From Psilocybe cubensis (Eukaryota): 64,000 nt of DNA. Every line of letters starts with the position of its first letter. The stretch's first letter is position 1. The translations under genes and the position numbers were made by a program. Where the stretch lies: positions 3,348,001-3,412,000 of the forward strand of contig CM039002.1 in the NCBI GenBank assembly GCA_017499595.2. The letters run 5' to 3'. The notes beneath the pieces are model-generated. The model ran no database searches and was not told where the DNA came from. It saw only the letters and a list, made by a program, of their open reading frames with translations. This document shows positions 55,691 through 64,000 of the stretch, piece by piece.

Positions 55691-57676
55691 ATGCTTCGAC
55701 GTGAAGCTAGTAGTCTCAGCTTCTCGTCTGTCTTGCCAGCAACGAACTTCCAGGACCTAAGTGCTCTCTTATCACTTCTTGCTAGTGATGCTGTAGAGCA
55801 AAAGTTGGGTAGTAAGCAAAGGCATGTCATCAAATATATCAGATAATAGTTTGATGAACGAACTTTGATCAGCTACGATTGGGAACGCATGTCTAGCGTC
55901 TGGTCTACCTTTGGAATGATTGGTGTCCTTCGGTTCTACCTGAAATTTGCAGCTGGCCTCGCGAACGCGGAAAGGGCAGGCGTTACACTCTCTGGCACTG
56001 AAGTTTATACAGATCAACGCACGGATACGGCGTTGTGCTACTGGGGAGTTAACAGACCGAACGAGCGGATAACATGGTGGGCGTCCGCACATGAGTCCCT
56101 GGCTCTCATGCAATCCTATACCTCGGAGTCGGCATGGTTACGACCTATCTTCATCGCTGTTGGCTCCACAAAGTGCCCGTGGAGCTGGCGAAGTGTCCGA
56201 TGTATCATGGAAGTTATCGCCCCTGTCTTGTGGGCATTTATCTCACTGGCTATCACGACTATTCCGACTATCATTTTATTTACATCGTTACATGAGCTAA
56301 CAGACTACGAAATTGGCACGTTATGCCTTCAGGCCTCCGTCAGCATATTTTCAGGAACGATTATGCCAATCCTAATCGACCGACTCAATGGGTCGGGGAT
56401 TGATGACCTTGGAGAACTATATCACGATCGCCTGCAAAATAAGACTGCTCCGCTGATTCGAGATGGTGATCGAGTCATGGCACAGTATAACATCAAAAAA
56501 GAGGTGCACATTATGTGGCAAACACCGCGAATAGAAGGCCAAAGACAGAGCGGTGATCTGTGGTGGATACGCGTACTGTGCGCTTTCAACTGTGTTATCG
56601 TGCTTGGAGGATATCTTGGGAACTACGTAGCCTTGGGCAACGCTGATCAAAATCGTCAGTATATTTGGCTGGGATCTCAAGTCTTCATCCTAGCTTTCCG
56701 ATATGTCCTTTGGTCTCGACGACCCTTCCCATCCCCTCATAGACCACTTAGCCTCCTCTACATCGCAACAGGATCTATAGTAGATCCTCTGCCAGCAACT
56801 CCTCCTCCCGAGCGCGTCCCTGCGTCTTCCCCGGGAAAGCTTACTCTGGAAGTCGTAAGTTATGCAATGGCGGCAGTCCACAGTAAATTCGCGAATCAAG
56901 GATCCCCATCAAACCGCATTCGAGGCGAACTTCTCACCAGAATGGCCAATACTGTCCCATCAGATATAATATCTGTTGAATATGTTCTCCTCGATGATTA
57001 CTTCTATGGAAAGCAAGAGTATAGCAAGATGACTGTCTTACGGCTTTCGTGGGCATTTGTGGAGGAATGTTACATGGCGCAAGGAGTGATATTAGGCCCT
57101 AATCCATGGGCGTTTGGAGGTCTATTCCTCGGCGCTGTTTTCCTTGACAATGACTTCGTCGGATTGACCACGATCCACCCATCCCAGCTACACTTCGACA
57201 GCTGCGCTGATAAACAATGCGCTTCAAGACACGACGACTATCGACAAGGAGGATTTACTCGAGATGGTTATTATGTATCAGATTTAGTTGGAGGCACCGT
57301 GGTCAAATTTGTCGCTCCTAGCGAGAACAACGTCTGCGCATGGCACGATTCCTTCAGAGACAATATTACTCGCTGTAGGTCGACAGCAAAGGCCAATGGA
57401 CCATCATACATTGAGGTTCATGCAGCAACTTCAAGCCTGAGAAATAGAAACGGTCGAACAGACGTATCAAGGGTGGAACCGAGACTCAACTACGATTTTA
57501 TTCAAGCCAGTTCCCTGCAGGCGCGTACCAAAGCGCACGACAGCTGTCCTAAAAATGTGTGCGAGATCTACACGTTTGGAGACCTATACCTTCGGAAAGG
57601 ACAAAATAAAGATGGTCGATTTAGAGAATTTATGAAAGTGATGAGTAAGTGGTTAACGTGTTTAATGCTGAAATAA
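55691..57676 (+). CDS. Hypothetical multi-pass membrane protein (probably 1 intron near the 5' end)
   Basis: 603-aa ORF with several hydrophobic segments. Upstream exon MLRREASS..FQDLSALLSLLASDAVEQKL joins to YDWERMSSVWSTFGMIG. Confidence 0.7.
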
Positions 57677-58863
57677 TCATGCTTTTTCACTGATTGAGGG
57701 CCCTTGTAACGCTCTTTTCTAGAACCTTTAACACGAACTTAACGACTACATATAATGACCCGCACTGTACATCATTACCACAAGCTAAAATTGGAGCTAA
57801 AATATTACCGCGTCCGTCTTTGAGAAAGTAGAAGGCCCCTCTCTGAAGCAAGCGCCCGGCCTGAGTTTGCACAACCCATATCCAGACCTTGGTTTGTTGA
57901 AACGGTCGTGACCTATCAACTCGCAACCATAACTTGGTGCCGAACAAGGCCTACTACTTCTTCCGTTCATGGCTTAAATGCAACGTATATGAGTAACAAC
58001 TGGAAGATAAATGCAATAAATCTCTCACTGAGATGTCAGGGTTGATAATTACATTTTCATGATATTAAGCAGGTGATGATCAATTGCTGTCGCTCATGGA
58101 CGTGGCTGAGACTAGTTGAGATTGTGATGGGGGTAAAATTTATCACAAAATGGGTTTTAGGGAAATCTCTAAGTCCCATGTCAGGAACCGACCAACACGA
58201 ACCCCAATGACACTTCATCATGTGGGAATTATATCTTTAATACTACATGCGTAATGTACTAGATAAACAATTTTCTGGTCACCTCGACCATCAAAATATA
58301 CCTATCTTCAAATTGATCTGACAGATGTGGGTCTGTCGTTTATAGCGTCGATAAAGACAACATCACCAGGCTCCTTCCAACTCAGCGAGAATTCCAACTG
58401 AAGGAGCGTGCTTAACATCCTGTTTGGCAAGCCTTCAGCGAGCAGCATTGAAATAGGTAACAACTGGGAAAGCTACTTGTCTGATATTGTTCTACCTAGG
58501 GGATTTTTGCTGCATTCGCAAACACAATGCTGTGGTGTAGGCTTCTCATCAGAATGATGTACTATCAATAGCACCTCTGTGGTTCACCTACACCATCCGC
58601 CTAGTGGCATTTTGATCATTTGATCTTGGCTACATGATGGGATCAGCACGCCAGCGCCATGTCGAAGTGTATAATTGGACTTTGGGCTGATGCTGTCGAG
58701 TAACCTGAAGCTGCGTCTTGTGTCCTCTTATCCCCACCCACCATCACGCGAGACACTGGCAACAGCAAGTCTGCTCCCGCTGGAAAGGGTTTATTATGCC
58801 ACCCGCTCATATCTTCGGTGAAGCTCAGTGCTTTAGTTTTATATTGAAAACTATGCTAAGGGT

Positions 58864-60288
58864 ATGGCTACAGTGATAACTTCCCGATTTGACGACGCGG
58901 CAGGCCCGGCGTCTCAGAACATTCGGGATATCATTGTATTCGACGTTCTTTACGGAGTCGGCCTAGTATTGCTCATACTCCTTCTTTTCACCGCACTGTT
59001 CTCCCCGCGTCACATTAAACGAGGGCCTACGTGGTTTCTGATGCTCGTTGGCTGGATAATCACCAGCATGGGAAATCTGATTATAGTGGGACAGCAGACA
59101 GGGCCTCCACCATCTCAAGCGATATGTCTTTTTCAGGCGATGCTGGTGTACGCATCTCCGGTATTGTGAGTAGAGAAAATTGTTTCCGCCAGTTTTTGTC
59201 TAACTATAATTCAGAACATCCTCTACTGCATTTGTATTTGTCTTCCAGGTAAAGACAACAGATTCATTTAGATATTTGAGGTTCACATTTCCCTTACCAA
59301 CAGGTTTATATGTCCTTCCGAATGGCAGCCAACTCTTCCAATCAACCAATGCTCAGTCGGAAACAAGTAGCATGGGTGCGCAGTCTAGCCATATACCTCT
59401 ATCACCACAAACTTATTTTGCGTCAAGATGAATTTCATTCCATGGATAGGTTTTGTTGCTGTATTGGTCGAAATTCTGATCGTGAGTCCAACACACGGAA
59501 AATTTTCGAATAAGCAGTATTTAATTGGATAATTTGAACAATTGCAAACGACAGATAGGGATCAAAAATCCTAATGAAGTCAGAAGAAATGAGCCAGGGA
59601 CCTATTGTAGTTTGTCAGGGTCTATAGGGTGAGATGCAATCCACTATGCCATTGTTCAAGTTGTTGATGCTAAATTTGAATCCTAGTTATGGAGTGACCG
59701 CAGGCCTTACTGTTCTCGCCATGCTTGCAGTATTGGTGATGGAATGTATGTATTTCCCTCGACAAAAATGACCGATTTGAAGCAGTCTAAAGTTGTATAA
59801 AGTTCTCACTGGTCGCATCCTGCGTCGCGTCTGGAAGAATTCAGAGACCGTACAGCTCATACGAAATAATGAACTCTTCTCGATTGAGACCATGGCAAGA
59901 TTAGGCATCTTCTGCTTCTGTCCAATGATTGCTCTAGCGTAAGTCGGTTATCTGGCTTCCTCAACAATTCCTAAGATGAGCCTCGTTGTACACAGAGTGT
60001 CATGTTTGCAATACTTCCCTGGGCACAGCAATCTAGGTGCAAGTTTACAGCTTGCTATTGCTATCCGTGAGTGATTCAAATTCTTAATAGACTGCTTTTA
60101 ACTTCTCGTATCCAATAGTACCTTGTTGCGCAATATTAATCTTCGGCAGTCAGAAGGTGGGGGTTAAACTATTTCTTATTGAATATCCCCTTCAATTCAA
60201 TGACTGGCATTATAGGACATTGTGCGTGCTTGGACATGTCAGAAGAGCTGAATCAAATTGTACCAAAAGAACCATCGATAAATGTAGC
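58864..60288 (+). CDS. Multi-pass (GPCR-like) membrane protein, multi-exon
   Basis: TM1 FDVLYGVGLVLLILLLFTALFS; KRGPTWF; GQQTGPPPSQAICLFQAMLVYASP; GTYCSL; ends ..LIFGSQK|DIVRAW. Confidence 0.7.
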
Positions 60289-60879
60289 ATACTTTGTTCT
60301 CTTTCTCTGACCACGTGTATTCAATTTAGTACAATGTTATTTGAAACCGTTTGACCTGGTCACTTTCCGACCGTCAAAATCCCTGTCCTAATGCGCCCAC
60401 AAGCCGCAAAACAAAATCGATGTGAACAGTGGATGCGCGTCGCTATGATAATATAGGCCCATACCCCTGTACTTCCGGATATGTTTGTGCTTCTGTTATT
60501 TATCTGATCAGTAAGATCATGAACCACGATGTATGTACAACGAAACACGATTATTAATGTGTTCGGTGACCCTTACTATTCTGACCAATATTTGTGTTAT
60601 AGCATTGAATGACATGCCAGATGACTAAGAAACCCCAGCAAGCGATGCATCCATATCCCACCTTTATACTGGATTCGAGTTGAAGGACAAGTAGGACCAT
60701 TAAAGACATGGTAATAGGATTGAGACCAAATGGGGACTGGCCCGATTTGGACGCGTATGTACTTGGACGCGTCTTAAAATGTGCCGTGGGTACCTTGAAA
60801 AGATACCCAGTGTACAGAATCGGACACACAAGACAGTCCTTCGGATTCAACTATAAGGTAGTTACACGATTTCAAAGTG

Positions 60880-62178
60880 CTAAGGTGCTACTTTTTTCTT
60901 TACAATAGCATTGTGAGGTGGCTGAAACCGGGCCTGCAAACTCATCTCGCCGATTCTCAGAATCTGTTCCTGTGATAATCCCAATCCGTACGGAGGTTGG
61001 GCTAAGAGGAGTGCATATTCAGCGAGGAGGGAAGTCCGAAATGGTAGGATATCATCAGTCTGGTCGATTTCATTAAACGGTAAGCTATATGTCTAAAGAA
61101 AGGATTCGGACGATTGAAATTGTCACTTACGCATATTGAAATCGGATGACCTGCCTTAAGGTATTGGAGAATGTGGTGGGATTCCAGAGTTGTTACAGTC
61201 TTGCACCTAGATTTTTGGATCGTATTGGAATTGTAAGAATTACTTTCTTTGATAAACAAATGCTGTTTGACGCACAGAAGATTCGAACTAAGGCAGATTT
61301 CGATGCACATCTTTTTTTCCAAAACAACCGAAATCGCTTCTTCGTTCAGAAAGGTCGCGTGGCCCAGACGATCAGGATCATACGAAAGCAGCTTTAGTGT
61401 TTCCTCCTCAGTGTTTTGTAGGGTCTAGTAAAGATTGTAGCATTGGGTCAATCTCGACCACAAAAATTTTGATTGTCACACTCACCTCAGCAATGTGCAA
61501 GGTCAATCCTAACCCAAATCTTTTGGCTTCTGTAAAGTATGGGGAGAACATTTCCATGTCTCCGGCAGTAGGATCACCACACAGGTCAATGCCTACAACA
61601 CGTTTCCCCTCCTGACGCAGCTTGCAAGCAATTTTCAGGCACTCCGCGACAACATCCCCACCCATCCTCCTGTCCAAGCTTACAATCAATCCGACTTTAT
61701 CCACATCATATCGTTCCATCTCATCCAGCACAGTTAGAAGGTATTTCTCTCTGTCCATCCATTTCGTCGCGCGGGGTGTTGATCGAAGCTCGAGGTAGTT
61801 GCACTGTGGGAGTGTGCCATCCAGAAAGAAACTCAGGACAGCGCGCGTGGCCCGACCTAGAGCCTCGGGAGTAGAAGTGAGCGTGTAAATTGCAGGGAAT
61901 AAACGGAAGAAATCATGGATCTCGTCGAGAACGGGGCCTTGCATCAACTTTTCGATGCCTTGTGTGACCAACTCGTCTGAGATTTCGGCATCGCTTGACT
62001 TGTTCGAGGATGCTCTAGCTTCCAGATATTCTGAGGCGAGTTCTTGTAGTGTGGGTATTGGTATAGAGCCGTTCAAGTGGGCGTGTAATTCAGCCTTGGG
62101 AACCGACTGTAGAAAAAGGATCTGTTCAGGGGTTAGAGTGCCTAACGCAACAGCTGCTGCTCCACCAATGGAAGACAT
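60880..62178 (-). CDS. Adenosine deaminase-like protein (ADAL/MAPDA, N6-methyl-AMP deaminase family)
   Basis: PKAELHAHLNGSI; YLELRSTPR; VVGIDLCGDP; LTLHIAE; RLGHATF; IEICLSSNL; SIC|TDD. Confidence 0.9.
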
Positions 62179-62594
62179 AACGCAATACCTGTTCAACTTT
62201 GCTTATTGAATTTATGTATCTGAATTCACCTTCCGAAAGGTAAGGACTTCGATAATACGGTTTGACACGGCGTAAGTGAAAGGATGTTCAATGAGTCATC
62301 TGGATAGTGAAGGATCGGCCTTTGAAAATTAATCAGTTGCAATCATCAGATCAACTCGCTTTGAGGTATAAATTAATTGATCAGGCCTGGATCAAAAATG
62401 CCACATGCTTGACACAAGCTTCAAGCGTCAAGTGTCTAACGAGTTTTGCCAGAATCTAAACTCAGGGAGAAAAACCCGAGCTAACGTTGATAAAATACAG
62501 CATGGAGGTCGTAGGAGACCATAGCAATTTGGGAAGTTACATCGGTAAATCACGCCATTTTTTTCTGACTCCAAAGAGAAAATGAAGGGATAAC

Positions 62595-64000
62595 TTAACC
62601 CTCTCTAACAACCTCGCGAACACTCTCCGCAAAGATCTGACATCCGGTTTTCATGTCGTCTTTGGTCACATTCAAAGGGGGGATGAACCTGATCACCTCA
62701 TAAACACTGGTCGTCAAGATCAGCATGCCCTTTTCGATACACTTTTTCGCCACACGCGAAGCCATGTTTTGGGGATGTTTCGCTCCACTAGGGTGTGCAC
62801 TGTGCTGAGAGTGTGGTGGACTATCCGGGGGAAGGGAAGCAGCGGAATGCGTGGTGAAAGGCTCATGAGCATGAGAGTGGGAGGAAACAGAAGACGATCC
62901 GAATTCAACGCCGACCATCAGGCCTCGTCCCCGTACGTCTAGAATGTGCGGGTTCAATGCAGGGTCGTATTTTAACGCGTTCAATGCGGAGAAAAGTTCA
63001 TTCGAGCTGAAAAATGATTGCGTTAAAAATTATTTGTTGATTATGAACGCAGTGGAAACCGACCGGAGTTGCACATTCTCTAGGATGTTTTCTTCGACCA
63101 TGACTTTGTTGACGGCTACGGCGGCTGCACATGAAACCGCGTTGCCTGCATATGTTCCTCCCTGGATAGCAGAAACATAAGACATATGACACAACGTGGA
63201 AGTAGTAGTTTACATACCATGGATCCGGCCTTGAGCTTATCCGTCAATTCACGTCGACTGACAACACCACTGATTGGGAATCCGTTTCCTAGTCCCTACA
63301 TGTCCAATATGCTCTCGTAAACTCCTACGGGAAAGGAATTGACATAACCTACCTTTGCGATCACTAAAATATCTGGCTTCACACCACTTTCTGTTACAGC
63401 AAACCAATTTCCAGTTCGCCCAAAACCACTCTGAACTTCATCCACAATAAGCATGATACCATGCTTGTTGCACACCTTACGAAGCCCCTGGAGGAACTCT
63501 GGCGGTGCCGGAACATATCCTCCTTCTCCCAAAACAGGTTCAACAATGATTGCTGCTGTGTCTGCTGGCGCGGTTTGCTGGGCCAGGAGAAGATCCAATT
63601 GGTAGAGCGCGTTGTCGGACAGGACTGCAGTTGGAGTATTCACTGGCATATTGGATTGATGCCAGTACGGATATGGAATCGAAAACACGCCAGGCTATTT
63701 ACAGCCAGAAGAACGTCAAAACTTATTTATATCGACGACTGGAACAACGATCTACCATGAGTGGGTGTGTGCCAGCAGAATAGATTGTCTTGCTCTTCGT
63801 CACGGCCATTGCACCGAATGTGCGTCCGTGATAAGCACCTAGCAGTGGCGGGCTAAATATTGATACGCGAAGGGGAAGTCAACGAAGAACACAAACCTTG
63901 CATGCAAATAATGTTTTGTCTCTTCGTAAACCACCTCGCCATTTTGATGGCCGCCTCAACGGCCTCCGATCCAGAATTCCAGAAGAAGAACGAGTCAAGA
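62595..64000 (-). CDS. Class III PLP-dependent aminotransferase (4-aminobutyrate/acetylornithine aminotransferase-like); 5' part outside the window
   Basis: [96 protein letters not shown]. Confidence 0.95.

Noticed and set aside
60880-62178. ADAL/MAPDA (methyl-AMP deaminase) as part of the epigenetic cargo
   Set aside because: It lies more than 23 kb outside the transposon block among ordinary host genes and looks like the conserved housekeeping copy.

Overview
Intron-rich fungal DNA, most consistent with an agaricomycete (mushroom-forming basidiomycete) genome. The window has three parts. (1) About 1-37,600 is a dense block of large, cargo-laden DNA transposons. The first module (<1-19,447) is a Plavaka/CACTA-like element with an apparently intact transposase and a candidate ...CAGTG right terminus. 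It carries a JmjC dioxygenase, an Spt5-like NGN/KOW protein, a Pcl-type cyclin damaged by C>T stops and a DUF6532-like protein, arranged divergently around a perfect 77-bp inverted repeat. The second module (about 19,450-37,600) is a KDZ (CxC2) transposase element with two Zn2Cys6-like proteins, several low-complexity genes and a CGG/CpG-rich 63/73-bp satellite. (2) About 38,000-46,500 is a small terpenoid cluster (aldehyde dehydrogenase, P450, trichodiene-synthase-like cyclase) with a MULE-like non-autonomous insertion. (3) About 47,500-64,000 holds ordinary host genes: DUF6533-like membrane protein, SAM/coiled-coil protein, membrane proteins, ADAL/MAPDA-like deaminase and a class III aminotransferase. 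All domain calls come from motif recognition by eye, with no database search, and exon boundaries are hand-inferred.
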